Virus record (IMG/VR): IMGVR_UViG_3300006119_000007
Origin: an uncultured virus (IMG/VR IMGVR_UViG_3300006119_000007)
Taxonomy: Duplodnaviria > Heunggongvirae > Uroviricota > Caudoviricetes
DNA length: 64,000 nucleotides
Strand: one strand, 5' to 3'
Shown here: positions 44,263 through 54,460 of the stretch, piece after piece
Layout: each line of letters begins with the position of its first letter
Position numbering within the stretch: the stretch's first letter is position 1
Program-made: the position numbers and the translations under genes
Notes under the pieces: generated by a model
Databases searched by the model: none
The model's input: the letters and a program-made list of their open reading frames with translations, nothing else
What the model was told of the DNA's origin: nothing

Positions 44263-45861
44263 TTATTTCTTTGAACCCTTCTTGGAAGGCTTCTTTTTCA
44301 CTATCTTGTACTCATCTCCTAGGTCATCTCCTTCTTCCTCATTGTCTTGCTGAGCTTCTTCGGCATCAAGCTGCTGCTGTTGCATGATCTCTGCCTCTTC
44401 CTGGATCTCTTTATCCATAATCTCGATCTCGTCATCGGTTTGACGTAGAACATTACGGCGAATCCAGTTCTGGGAATAGAATTGACCCACATATGGAGCC
44501 AATTGAGTCAACATGTTGATACGATCCTGGAGTATCTCGTTGTCTTTTAATTCAGCGAAATGATTATCTTTCTTGAAGTCAATGGCTATCGCCTCACGGA
44601 TCATTGGCCAATCTTCTTCGGTAATGACCTGCTTTAGGATCAATTGAGTTCTGAGTAACTCCATGAATAGTAGCGAGAACTTCTTACGAAGTTTATCCAC
44701 GAACTTCTGGAACTTGATCTCGTCACGAGTGATCTCTGAGGATTTACCGATATTGAAACCAGTCTCTGGTTCCATACGAGATATCGGAACGTTGAGAGCC
44801 CGATATAACTTCTTTTGGAAAAATATGATGTCATCGATCTGGCCTAGATTCTCACCGCCGGGTAGGGTAGTGATCTCTGTTCCACGACCACCCTCACGAC
44901 GAGGTAACCAGAAGTCCTCAAGCATTGACATGTGCTTACGATCATCACGTATCTCACCAGTCGCTGAATCGTATACGATCTTATTGCGATACTGATTCAT
45001 GACAGTGCGTAGGTATTCCTCTGCTTTACCCTTTGGAAGATTACCTACATCGATATAGAATATACGGCGTTCTGGTGCACGTGATAAACGATAGATCACG
45101 AGAGAATCTTCCATGAATCGTAATTGATTCACTGGCTTGACTGCTTTGTGTAAAGCTGAGAGAACACGTTTACGCGTTGAGTCTAATATACCAGAAGGTA
45201 CGTAACAGATCGCATCTTTATTGATCTTGATACCAATATCTGATTTCTGAAGTCCGCCTTCTTGATAGAGGAAGTACTCGTCCAGAGTCTTAATGATCTT
45301 TGCGCCTGTCTTGATATCAATCTCTTCTTTTATCTCACGAACCTTACGCATGCGAAGAGCATCGATAGCTCGTAGTTCTTGGATACCTTCTGCTGGATTA
45401 TCTTGGTCAACGATGATGTGATAGTATAATCTACCATCGACGTACCAGCGACGGAATATATCCGTACCATTGACATTGAAATTGAGTAAACGAATGATGT
45501 TCGCGAATTCATCACGAATCTCGTTTTTAATTGAATTTGGTTGATCTAACTTATCGAGATTCAACTCGACTGGACCTGCATCTTCATCAGTCACAACCAC
45601 TTCATTTACGATGTCATCGATCGCGACATCGCACTCTGGCTGTTCAGCCGTGAGACGATACTTACGAATAAGATCGATGTCGGACTTTGCTGCATCACCA
45701 TCCATGTCCAGATACTGGCCATAGTAACCTCCAGCTGCAATCGCGGATGAGCCATCTTCACTTGAAGGAGGGACGAACGAGTCCGCTTGTTTTGCCAGTT
45801 TTTTTTTCTTTTCCTCTGGCGATTCTGGATTGCGAGTGATTGAGAATCCGAAAAATTCCAT
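44263..45861 (-). CDS. 20: Portal vertex protein gp20
   Basis: FRRWYVDGR, YRLSRAPERRIFYIDVGNLPK and EDFWLPRREGGRGTEI. Confidence 0.98.
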   Translation of the reverse strand: MEFFGFSITRNPESPEEKKKKLAKQADSFVPPSSEDGSSAIAAGGYYGQYLDMDGDAAKSDIDLIRKYRLTAEQPECDVAIDDIVNEVVVTDEDAGPVELNLDKLDQPNSIKNEIRDEFANIIRLLNFNVNGTDIFRRWYVDGRLYYHIIVDQDNPAEGIQELRAIDALRMRKVREIKEEIDIKTGAKIIKTLDEYFLYQEGGLQKSDIGIKINKDAICYVPSGILDSTRKRVLSALHKAVKPVNQLRFMEDSLVIYRLSRAPERRIFYIDVGNLPKGKAEEYLRTVMNQYRNKIVYDSATGEIRDDRKHMSMLEDFWLPRREGGRGTEITTLPGGENLGQIDDIIFFQKKLYRALNVPISRMEPETGFNIGKSSEITRDEIKFQKFVDKLRKKFSLLFMELLRTQLILKQVITEEDWPMIREAIAIDFKKDNHFAELKDNEILQDRINMLTQLAPYVGQFYSQNWIRRNVLRQTDDEIEIMDKEIQEEAEIMQQQQLDAEEAQQDNEEEGDDLGDEYKIVKKKPSKKGSKK

Positions 45862-45900
45862 GATAATGTATTAGTTGTTCAGTAGTATTTTTTGTTTTTG

Positions 45901-45940
45901 AAAAAAATGGAGGAGGACGATTTCTCGAACCCTCCCCCGT
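45901..45940 (-). terminator. Probable terminator after gene 19
   Basis: GGGGGAGG...CCTCCTCC stem followed by T7. Confidence 0.6.
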
Positions 45941-45980
45941 ATTTATTCAAGTTTTTATAACTTTATTCTACTCAATTGTA

Positions 45981-46511
45981 TTAAACAGCTGATTCTGGAG
46001 ATTCCCAGTACATCATCTGTAATTCAACTGTGAATTCTTCGATCGCGTTTTCTGAATCGTAGCTTAAATCGATAGCTGATACGGCTGAAGGCCAAGCGCC
46101 ACGGATAACGTATTGCTTTGTAACTTCTCCTGCTTTATCGAGTTGGGATACTGCCATGTCTACCATATAAGTTGCTGGATCGACAAGACCTGTATTATCA
46201 ACGTTGTTATTGATATTGCCTACCCAACGCTCGAAAGCATTACGGATTGACATATCTGCATCGTTGATGATTGTGATACCCCAAGGATCGAATGAACGAT
46301 CTCCAGCGATATTTAAGTGACGACCACGAAATGGAATCGTGATTGGTGTAACTGTGGATGCTGGTAACTGAGTAGCTTTGATCAGGAAGGAAGCGAGTTC
46401 GCTATCTCCACCTGCATAGGCTGGGAAGTTACACGTAACTTCGAATAAGTTGTTACGTGCTCCACCACCGATTAGTTTTGACTTAAAGTCATTAATTCCT
46501 AGAACTGCCAT
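45981..46511 (-). CDS. 19: Tail tube protein gp19
   Basis: GGGAR.NLF, PFRGR.L.IAGDR.F and IEEFTVE. Confidence 0.96.
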   Translation of the reverse strand: MAVLGINDFKSKLIGGGARNNLFEVTCNFPAYAGGDSELASFLIKATQLPASTVTPITIPFRGRHLNIAGDRSFDPWGITIINDADMSIRNAFERWVGNINNNVDNTGLVDPATYMVDMAVSQLDKAGEVTKQYVIRGAWPSAVSAIDLSYDSENAIEEFTVELQMMYWESPESAV

Positions 46512-46560
46512 GTGAGTGTTCTCCTATTTTATAGATTGTTAATAGTATTATTAGTGATAG

Positions 46561-46568
46561 TATTTATT
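46561..46568 (-). promoter_or_regulatory. Late promoter variant AATAAATA (gene 19)
   Basis: One mismatch; expected position. Confidence 0.6.
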
Positions 46569-46572
46569 TGAC

Positions 46573-48282
46573 TTAGCCGGATTTTGATCCAGCTATTTCA
46601 TTGAAGCTCACACCTGTGCGAGTAGCTACGAAGTTCAGAGTGATGAAGTTAATCGAGCGAGCTGGTTGGATATAGATGCTTGCTACGAATTGATTCGAAT
46701 CAACTACGTTTGGTGTGTTGTTTGTGCTATCACATACTACCTTGAAAGCAGTAATACCACGGCGTCCTTGAACATCACGTAAGAATGGTTCAGTCATGTT
46801 ACGGAACATTGCTTGCGTGAACTGATCATTGAACTCAAACAACTGATACTTAGCAGCTGTCGAGATTGCTTTTTCAAGAACGATGAATAAGCGACGTACA
46901 TTGATACGATCGAATGCAGAAGGTTTAGCTTGTGCAGTCTTATCTCCATAGAGAAGGATACCTTGACCTGGGAATGAGACGATCGGATTGATGCGTGCTT
47001 TGTAAAGAGTATCACGATCAGCTTGTTTTGGATTATAAGCTAATTTTGTGACTCCTAAGAGATTACCACGGTTATAACCTGCTGGTGAGAACCAAGCATC
47101 AGCAATCATATCTGTATGAGCACAGAGACCTGCGATATGTCCGCAAGCTGGAATCCAGATATAAGTGTCGCTGTATTTGTTATAAACCTTTAGAGCAGTT
47201 GAATCCATTACAGCATAAGATGTGGAAGTGATTGCATTTCCCCAAGTTGTAAGAGCTGTGACAGGATCGCTGTTGTTAACAGTTGCACTGATTGGTGGTG
47301 ATAAGAATGCGACTACATCCTTACGAGCTTCTGCGATACTGACTAATTCGCCAGAGATTACGCCACCAGAATCTGGTACTGCAAAGAGTAAGTTTACATC
47401 AACTGTTTCAGCGTCACCTAAGACCTGAAGAGCTGTTTGGATATCGCCTGTTGCAGGAGCTAAGTTAGTACCACCTGAGAACGTATAAGTGACAGGAGAG
47501 ATACCAGTTGATAAGAATGGGCCACCAACTGTAGCAGCTGTGCTACCAGCGTTAGTGAAAGTAACAGGATGTGCTAACCACCATGCGTACTTTGAACCTG
47601 AGTTCAATACGTTTACATAGTAGTTTGAAGTACCATCCGAGGTAACTGCGTCTGAAGCAAGAGATAGGAATGGGAATGTTTCAAGAACAGTTCCTGGAGT
47701 ACCAGTAAAGATTCCGTTAACATCTACTACAACCACGTGAACTTCGTCTTCTGAAGCGCCGAGTGAAGCTGCATAATCAGATGTACCAGGAGCAGCAGTG
47801 AATAAGCTCTTATAATCCCAGCTTGTAAAACCTGTTGGGTTGTTTGCAGGGAACATGGAGAGACCTAAGCTATTGCCTAGAGTACCTGCCCATTTTGCTG
47901 CGAATTCACCAACTGTGTTTGTGCCAGTTGTAAGACCTTCATAAGCATCGTGATTTGCGATCAGTATGCCATGGGAACCGGAGTGACCAGTTGAAGCATT
48001 AAGAACAGTAGAACCGCCGGTAAGAGTACCAGCACGGACTACTTTTAATGCGTTGCCATACTTCAAGAAGGAAGCTGCGGTGAAGAATGATTCTGCTGTT
48101 GTGTTTGTTGGAGCACCAAAGTTTGTAACAAGATCCTTTTCGAATCCGACTGTTACATACTCATTGATTGGACCCCACTCGAAAGCACCTGCGTATCCAC
48201 CAATAGAGGTAGAAACCGCTGGTACGACATTGGTTAGATCAACTTCGTTGACCTGAACTCCTGGAGAAACTAAAAATGCCAT
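46573..48282 (-). CDS. 18: Tail sheath protein gp18
   Basis: SPGVQV.EVDLT, WFSPAGYNRG, FDRINVRRLF and PARSINFI.LNF. Confidence 0.97.
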   Translation of the reverse strand: MAFLVSPGVQVNEVDLTNVVPAVSTSIGGYAGAFEWGPINEYVTVGFEKDLVTNFGAPTNTTAESFFTAASFLKYGNALKVVRAGTLTGGSTVLNASTGHSGSHGILIANHDAYEGLTTGTNTVGEFAAKWAGTLGNSLGLSMFPANNPTGFTSWDYKSLFTAAPGTSDYAASLGASEDEVHVVVVDVNGIFTGTPGTVLETFPFLSLASDAVTSDGTSNYYVNVLNSGSKYAWWLAHPVTFTNAGSTAATVGGPFLSTGISPVTYTFSGGTNLAPATGDIQTALQVLGDAETVDVNLLFAVPDSGGVISGELVSIAEARKDVVAFLSPPISATVNNSDPVTALTTWGNAITSTSYAVMDSTALKVYNKYSDTYIWIPACGHIAGLCAHTDMIADAWFSPAGYNRGNLLGVTKLAYNPKQADRDTLYKARINPIVSFPGQGILLYGDKTAQAKPSAFDRINVRRLFIVLEKAISTAAKYQLFEFNDQFTQAMFRNMTEPFLRDVQGRRGITAFKVVCDSTNNTPNVVDSNQFVASIYIQPARSINFITLNFVATRTGVSFNEIAGSKSG

Positions 48283-48340
48283 ATTCGTGATGAGTTAGAT
48301 GTTAATAAGAAACATAATACGAGGAATTCAATATTACTAC

Positions 48341-48348
48341 TATTTATA
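48341..48348 (-). promoter_or_regulatory. Late promoter TATAAATA (gene 18)
   Basis: Exact consensus. Confidence 0.8.
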
Positions 48349-48360
48349 AATAGCAAGCTT

Positions 48361-49977
48361 TTAGAACAACCAGTTGTTGTTCACTTCTTCCCAGACATTA
48401 CCCTCATTATCAACCTCGTACTTCTCCTTGAGATCTTCCTTCTCAGAGAATACGCCGACTGGAGCGATATCGTCCTCAGCGAGCTTTAATCTCTCAGCGT
48501 ATAACATGGTTTTAAGGTCCACGTTGGCCATTTCAGCAAAATGATCCGTGGCGGCAAACCAAGCAAATAAGACTAGATTCATGACTAAATCGTCATGGTT
48601 TCCATCAGAAGCTGCATAGGAATCCCCATCTTCCTCAAAAGTACTTAATTCAGCGATTGTATCAGCATCGGTAACAACGAGCTTTCTTGTCTCGATCATG
48701 TCCTTTAAATGAGAACAGCCTATCCTTTTGGTTCTCTTTGTCATTGTAACTCCAATAGAAGCGGCTTTTACTGCAGATTCCACGAACATATTCTCGTATT
48801 CAAGATCGTAATATAATCCATTGCATACAACTCCACCTGAGTCATTGGATTCCACTAATACATAAGCGTTATTATAGGTCTTGGCATACTTGTATATGGT
48901 ATCAGGGAATAAGAGTGGAGACATCAGGTTATTCCTATATGAGGCGACCACCTTACAAGGCTTGACCGAGATATCGATTATTGAGAACGTGGATGAATCT
49001 TGGCCTCTTCCTTTGGCCACGTCCACCGTCATGATGTAGTTATGACTTGGTATCGGATCCTCGTATATGCAAGCTTTCTCGATAGTTCGAATTGGATTCG
49101 TTGCTCGAAGAGAAAGAAGGGTTTCAGCATTAATGAGTGTGGATCCAGTTCCTACGAACGAATTACCGAATTCTTGTTCAAATTGAAGTGGTGATGTATT
49201 GGCGATCGTCTGAGCTTTCCAGTTCTCATCTCTTCCAGGAACATCCCACCAATCGACTCGAAATGGTTTATATGAATTTGTACCCTGAACAGCACCTTCC
49301 CAGAGCTTATGATATGTGTTACCTACACCATTTGCGGTGGATGTAATAATGACTCGAGAGGTTTGACCGGATGTAATTACTGGATAAGTCGAGGTATAGA
49401 AAGTGCCTGCCTTCTCAACGAAAGCGAACTCGTCCAGGAATAGAAGATTGACGGAGAGACCACGGATAGAGGATCCTGAGGTTGCCGAGGCTATGATCCT
49501 GGAGTTGTTTGAGAACTCAATGGACCTTTTATTTAAAGCTTTACATCCGGGCTGCAAGAAGAAAGGAAGATTCTCAAGTGCAAGTGTAATACGCGCCAAC
49601 ATTTCCTGTGATGTGGAACCCTTATTTGCAAGGACTGCGATCGTCTTATCTGGCTGGAAGACTGCGTACCAGAGGATGTATATGACTGAGGAGATAGATT
49701 TACCAGACTGACGACAGGCAAGAACGATCGAGAATCGATTCTGATTGAAGTGCTCGAACATTCTTTTCTGATAAGGATACGGTTCAAATGGAACTAGTCC
49801 TTTATCAAGACTGATCACCTTCACGTAAGTCTTCGCGAAGTAGACCGGATCCTTCATACACTTGAGGTATTCGGAAACTTCTTGGTCAGTGAACTGCTGG
49901 TTCACTCCATCTCGCTTGACCTGAGGGTTTCCCAGGTATCCAAGATGGGCTGGTTTAATGAACATCTGTGACGCCAT
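48361..49977 (-). CDS. 17: Terminase large subunit gp17
   Basis: YLGNP, RQSGKS, LDEFAF, TSTANG, DVAKG.G.D and HDDLVM. Confidence 0.98.
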   Translation of the reverse strand: MASQMFIKPAHLGYLGNPQVKRDGVNQQFTDQEVSEYLKCMKDPVYFAKTYVKVISLDKGLVPFEPYPYQKRMFEHFNQNRFSIVLACRQSGKSISSVIYILWYAVFQPDKTIAVLANKGSTSQEMLARITLALENLPFFLQPGCKALNKRSIEFSNNSRIIASATSGSSIRGLSVNLLFLDEFAFVEKAGTFYTSTYPVITSGQTSRVIITSTANGVGNTYHKLWEGAVQGTNSYKPFRVDWWDVPGRDENWKAQTIANTSPLQFEQEFGNSFVGTGSTLINAETLLSLRATNPIRTIEKACIYEDPIPSHNYIMTVDVAKGRGQDSSTFSIIDISVKPCKVVASYRNNLMSPLLFPDTIYKYAKTYNNAYVLVESNDSGGVVCNGLYYDLEYENMFVESAVKAASIGVTMTKRTKRIGCSHLKDMIETRKLVVTDADTIAELSTFEEDGDSYAASDGNHDDLVMNLVLFAWFAATDHFAEMANVDLKTMLYAERLKLAEDDIAPVGVFSEKEDLKEKYEVDNEGNVWEEVNNNWLF

Positions 49978-50401
49978 CTGTGGAGAGTTTTGCTAAGAGA
50001 TGTTTTTGTAAATCTGAAGTGGAACCAACGAACAAGTTATTATTTGTTGTGGTCGTTGCCTGAGCTTTTTCCTCGGTCTTTTTCTTGATCGCCTTCTTAT
50101 CTTTCTGGAGATCCATCAGCTTCTGAGTCATGTCAGAAGTATTCTTTAACATTGTGGATAGAACTTCAAATGCTCTTGGATGTTCGGAGTTTGTCGCAAG
50201 CTCCATCATGCTATCGATGGCATGATTTGATTTGTCCACAAGATCTCGATAAGTTTTTCTGGAGAACTCGTAGTCATCGTCGATGTCTTTCTCGTCCTTA
50301 ATAGGTTGAGGAATCGCGACTGGAGCCTGAGCTGCAGATATTACCGGAGGAAGGTTCTCCTCAAGGTTTTTCTTGATCTCTTCTGGTGTTAATTTTTCCA
50401 T
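49955..50401 (-). CDS. 16: Terminase small subunit gp16
   Basis: DDYEFSR..Y, SEHPRAFEV and NNNLFVGSTSDLQK. Confidence 0.93.
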   Translation of the reverse strand: MEKLTPEEIKKNLEENLPPVISAAQAPVAIPQPIKDEKDIDDDYEFSRKTYRDLVDKSNHAIDSMMELATNSEHPRAFEVLSTMLKNTSDMTQKLMDLQKDKKAIKKKTEEKAQATTTTNNNLFVGSTSDLQKHLLAKLSTDGVTDVH

Positions 50402-50419
50402 GATATAGATCTCTCAGTG

Positions 50420-51403
50420 TTATACGTCGTAGGTCGGAGTGATTCCAGTGATCGTTCGAGTCGTATTTGACTGTTGACCCACAAGAGTCTCATTGACCTT
50501 AAAGATACCAGTTGCGTCTTTGACTAAAAGAACTCCGTCTGTAAAAGATACAACATGAGCGTTTGTTCCAGATGTTGTACCCAGAACCTGTTCTCCATCA
50601 AGATACAATCCAGTTCCTGCACTCATTCCAAGATTGAACGATGTGGTATTTGTAAAGAAAGAGATTGAGTTTAAAATCTGATGTGACAGAGCTTCTGTGG
50701 CCGTCAATGGATCCACACTCGCAGTGATTCTCTCGATTGGTTGACCAGTTTCACCATTGAGTATATCTGCAATGACTTGTTTGACCACACTCGTACTCTG
50801 AGTTGGTCCATAGAAGCGAACTCTCAATTCAAACGTAAGAGTATAGATGATCGCTCTACGAGTCATGAAGTCGCCCTCGTAGTCTTCAGTCATGACGACA
50901 TTCGTGAGAACAATTGGTATATCGTTTCGAATATCCATTCCCTCAACGTCTTTCATCGTAACTGTATACTCTGGCTGAAAGTAAGGAAGTATCTGCTCAA
51001 CGATCTGTAAGGCATCGTCTTGATTCTTTGCCATGATCGAGAGTTCAATGCCCATACGATACGGAGCGAATTGACGAATCGTCGTCTTTGTCATTGGATC
51101 AGCTGCGTTATCAGCAGAGATCATGTTGTTACGATTGATCTTTGTCGAGGCGTCATAGACCATCGTTACGATCTCAAAGCTCATGCGAGGGAGCTTGATC
51201 GCAACCTTTGGAGCATTGAGATCTGGCTGTTCATCGATACGGGCCAGAAACTTTTGCTTTGGTCCATACGCCAGAGGAACTCTCTGGATATTAATAACTT
51301 TACCGGTTTGATCACGCCGAACCACGGAAATGTTATTGAAGACCGTACCGAATACCGATACGATCTTACGAATTGTCGCGTGATAAAAATGAGTCGTGAG
51401 CAT
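50420..51403 (-). CDS. 15: Tail sheath stabiliser / terminator gp15 with C-terminal extension
   Basis: FYH..IRK....FG..FNNI, VPLAYGPKQKFL, LPRMSFE and QIVEQILPYFQP. Confidence 0.95.
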   Translation of the reverse strand: MLTTHFYHATIRKIVSVFGTVFNNISVVRRDQTGKVINIQRVPLAYGPKQKFLARIDEQPDLNAPKVAIKLPRMSFEIVTMVYDASTKINRNNMISADNAADPMTKTTIRQFAPYRMGIELSIMAKNQDDALQIVEQILPYFQPEYTVTMKDVEGMDIRNDIPIVLTNVVMTEDYEGDFMTRRAIIYTLTFELRVRFYGPTQSTSVVKQVIADILNGETGQPIERITASVDPLTATEALSHQILNSISFFTNTTSFNLGMSAGTGLYLDGEQVLGTTSGTNAHVVSFTDGVLLVKDATGIFKVNETLVGQQSNTTRTITGITPTYDV

Positions 51404-51414
51404 ATATAATTATA

Positions 51415-52623
51415 TCAGTCTATCGTAACGCCAGATCCAGATAGCATCCACGTGTCAGTATCAATTTTTAATAGAGTCACCATGCTATTTGCTGGAACAT
51501 CATACCCACCTGCAGCATAGTTTAAACCAGAAACATAGAGATATGTTGTGCTTGGAGTAACTGCATTTACAAAGATAGGGCAAGTTTGACCAGTGACAAT
51601 CACGATCTTTGATCCTATAGGGAATGGAGTTACTGCATTAGTTGGTATGAGATACTCTACATAATTTGTGACAGTGTTTGCGTATATGTGGCAACCACGA
51701 TCCGATAGCTGAAGCGTATAATTTGCTAGCTGCTTATTCTGAGGAACGTCAATGATCGATGTCCCATTATTGTATAGAATATCGCCATTTGGTGGAAGAA
51801 TAAGTTTACCATCTGCAGTGTAAATGAGAACACTTGTATTTGCAGAAAATTCAAATCCACTAGGACTTGCAAAACTTGCATTTCCATTTGCCGAAATTGG
51901 GAAATTTAAAGTACCTGAATTGTCAAAATGCCAATAATAGGCATATGTAGGACTCTCAGTCCAGTCTGCGTTCTTGATCCAAACGCCATCAGGCAGTGTT
52001 TGAACTTGAGAATAAAGAGATGGAGTAACAAAATAAGCATCACCGGGACCATTGAGGAAATCACCTGGATCGCTTGGATACTCAAGAGTCACACTGTTTA
52101 TTGTTGAACCAGTGCACATATAAGTTCCTGGATAACCACCTGCAGCATAAACGATGTAGTGATATCCTGTGACAGGAATTGAACTCTGTGTTCCAATATC
52201 AAACGTGACTTCAAATGGACCAGTTCCAGTTTTTGAAGTTACTGCATTGATGTAAATTGGTGCTCTACCTAAGCTAGGATCTTGGTCACGAACATGCCAA
52301 CGAAGAGCAGCTGAAGAACTCGAAGCAACAATGATTCCTTCTCCATCGATTGCGTTTGATATACGCTGAGTGTTTACTGTTGGGTAACCCCAGAGAGTCG
52401 TCTTAATGCCTTGAATACCAACTCCAGATCCAGCAGGTCCTTGTGTACCAGTTGTACCCTGTACTCCATTTGCTCCTGAAAAACCTTGGATACCCTGAGC
52501 GCCTTGAACTCCACGACTATAAAGATCAGTGAAGTTTGCGTTCGTCTTTGTGAAAGCTGTTCGTAATGCATCGCCAGACTTGTCGTTGGCGGCTGAACCA
52601 ATATTGATAAGTTGTTGTGCCAT
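51415..52623 (-). CDS. Fibre-like structural protein inserted between genes 14 and 15
   Basis: gp9/gp10-type N-terminus INIG.AAND..GD.LR.AF.K.N.NF..LY, a short collagen segment, and C-terminal TLLKI.TDTW.LSG. Confidence 0.75.
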   Translation of the reverse strand: MAQQLINIGSAANDKSGDALRTAFTKTNANFTDLYSRGVQGAQGIQGFSGANGVQGTTGTQGPAGSGVGIQGIKTTLWGYPTVNTQRISNAIDGEGIIVASSSSAALRWHVRDQDPSLGRAPIYINAVTSKTGTGPFEVTFDIGTQSSIPVTGYHYIVYAAGGYPGTYMCTGSTINSVTLEYPSDPGDFLNGPGDAYFVTPSLYSQVQTLPDGVWIKNADWTESPTYAYYWHFDNSGTLNFPISANGNASFASPSGFEFSANTSVLIYTADGKLILPPNGDILYNNGTSIIDVPQNKQLANYTLQLSDRGCHIYANTVTNYVEYLIPTNAVTPFPIGSKIVIVTGQTCPIFVNAVTPSTTYLYVSGLNYAAGGYDVPANSMVTLLKIDTDTWMLSGSGVTID

Positions 52624-52632
52624 GATAAGTGA

Positions 52633-53676
52633 TTATTCCTGAGTATCTGCTGTTAGAATTGTAGAGTCTGCGGTAAATGCGATGCTGTCTGCTCCATAAG
52701 ATGGAGATATAACTGGAGGTGATTCCACGAAATTAACTTCACCAAAAGGATTGCTCTCGCTGAAATCGATAACTGAGTTACCCTGAACTTCGAAGTCACG
52801 ATTCTGAGCTTGACGATCGTTATTCACAAACGTGAGATTGGTGTCGGTATCAGCGATATCATAGACTCGAGTGATTGACCAAGCGACTCCAGACTTCTGA
52901 CCAACTAAAGCATCAGCAGAACCACTACTTGCCTGGAACATTCCATATTCTCCAGTGTTCGTGCTGATCTCACCAATTGCAACCTTTAATGGATCTGTTG
53001 AAACTTCTTGGATATAACGAAGCACCTTTCCATAGATCTCGACTGAGTTGCTTGTCTCTGTTGCAGGAGAAAGAGTTTGAGTGACCATTTCTCCGATCGT
53101 AAACTTCTGGCCTGAGCCAGAGATCTGGAGGTATGTTTCTGTACTGAAGTTTTGTTCGAGCTTGTCGACCTCCGAGTTTCCAGTATCAACCACTTCGTTG
53201 TTGTATTCGAAGAGTTCGCACTGTAACTTGAAGACTGGAACTTGAGTTAATTGATAGAAAGGAGATTGATGCTCAACGAACTTGATGTCAAAGAAAGACT
53301 TCGTGAGCGGGAAGTATAATAGGTCACCTTCCTCTGGACGGTCAGATATGATACCATTGTTCCAGACGCCAACGAGCTTGGACCATTGTTTCTTGGAGAC
53401 AACGAATGTTGCTTGCTCACGAATCTGAAGGCCAAACTTACTCATGAAGATACCGTCTCCACCAAATCCCTCGGTGTTCTCGATGTACATCTCAATCATG
53501 TATGCTTCATCAAAGCGTGACTCGATGTCTTCATTTAGGATTAGGTCACGAGAGACCATGTTCCTAGGCAGATAGTACAATTCGAATCCGTAGATCTTCA
53601 AAGCCTCGATCACAAGATCTTCTACAAGATTTTGTTCGGACTTTGTGCCTTGACTGAAGAATACGTTGCGTGGCAT
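52633..53676 (-). CDS. 14: Neck protein gp14
   Basis: EQNLVEDL..E.LKIYG...YYLPR, SKFGLQI, RPEEGDLLY and DFSESNPFG. Confidence 0.95.
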   Translation of the reverse strand: MPRNVFFSQGTKSEQNLVEDLVIEALKIYGFELYYLPRNMVSRDLILNEDIESRFDEAYMIEMYIENTEGFGGDGIFMSKFGLQIREQATFVVSKKQWSKLVGVWNNGIISDRPEEGDLLYFPLTKSFFDIKFVEHQSPFYQLTQVPVFKLQCELFEYNNEVVDTGNSEVDKLEQNFSTETYLQISGSGQKFTIGEMVTQTLSPATETSNSVEIYGKVLRYIQEVSTDPLKVAIGEISTNTGEYGMFQASSGSADALVGQKSGVAWSITRVYDIADTDTNLTFVNNDRQAQNRDFEVQGNSVIDFSESNPFGEVNFVESPPVISPSYGADSIAFTADSTILTADTQE

Positions 53677-53682
53677 CGTGTA

Positions 53683-54432
53683 TTATCCTATAAAAAACAT
53701 TGGAGGCATCTCGTACTTAAGTTGTGCCTCTTCTTCAAGTTTTGCAATCTCCTCAACCGCTTCGTCGTAGATCTGTTGACCATTGAGTGTAACACCGCCT
53801 GGAAGCGTGATTCCCTCGAACTTCTTGAGGTTATTTCCCCAGTTACGCTTGAATAAAGCAGTGGTGTATTTCTTTAAGAAGATATCGTTATAGACAGAAG
53901 TGTACTTGTCAGGATCGATTGATTCATATCCCTCGATGATGATGTAGTCACCTACGTTCAATTCGTATCCCCATTCCACATCGATAAAGAGTCTCTGCAT
54001 GTGCCGGTTGAAGCGAACTGGAGGTGTTCCATTGAGCATCATGTCTAATAGCTCAAGGTATTGACGTGTCATGTCATAGTTGACCAGAGCACCAGCATAC
54101 TGTAGGTCGTATATGTCGTTTAACATCATCTGATAACGAGCTGACCACATGCTGGATCCGAAAGAGTTATTGTTCACCAGAGGTAATACTCGAGACACGA
54201 AGAGTAGCTGGTCAGGAAGATCCACGTACTTATTCTGTAGATCCTGAGGTGCTATCTGGTGCTTACGGAATTGCCTCACGATGGCATCATTATGATAGTC
54301 CCTGTAAAATTGAATCGCCTCATCGATGCGATCATCGATCTGGTCGTCGTCGAGATTGATCTCTATGACCGGCGCGCCGAGGTTTCGAAGACAATAATCG
54401 GCGAGTAACTGTCGAGAAGAGGGCTTTGACAT
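53683..54432 (-). CDS. 13: Neck protein gp13
   Basis: YCLR.LGAPVIEIN.DDDQ and WG.NL.KF.G..LPGGVTLNG. Confidence 0.96.
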   Translation of the reverse strand: MSKPSSRQLLADYCLRNLGAPVIEINLDDDQIDDRIDEAIQFYRDYHNDAIVRQFRKHQIAPQDLQNKYVDLPDQLLFVSRVLPLVNNNSFGSSMWSARYQMMLNDIYDLQYAGALVNYDMTRQYLELLDMMLNGTPPVRFNRHMQRLFIDVEWGYELNVGDYIIIEGYESIDPDKYTSVYNDIFLKKYTTALFKRNWGNNLKKFEGITLPGGVTLNGQQIYDEAVEEIAKLEEEAQLKYEMPPMFFIG

Positions 54433-54437
54433 ACCTC

Positions 54438-54445
54438 TATTTATA
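54438..54445 (-). promoter_or_regulatory. Late promoter TATAAATA (gene 13)
   Basis: Exact consensus. Confidence 0.8.
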
Positions 54446-54460
54446 AGTTTTACCTATCCG

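Noticed and set aside
45799..45807. A9 run (minus strand) in the portal gene as a slippage site
   Set aside because: It is in frame and encodes a Lys run in the variable N-terminus; no evidence of an alternative product.
48341..48352. Palindromic TATTTATAAATA giving a late promoter on both strands
   Set aside because: Easily arises by chance from the AT-rich consensus, and there is no plus-strand gene to drive.
13655..49977. Introns, inteins or homing endonucleases in genes 41, 43, 46, 17 and 20
   Set aside because: The ORFs are continuous and of normal length; no LAGLIDADG, GIY-YIG, HNH or intein motifs were recognised.
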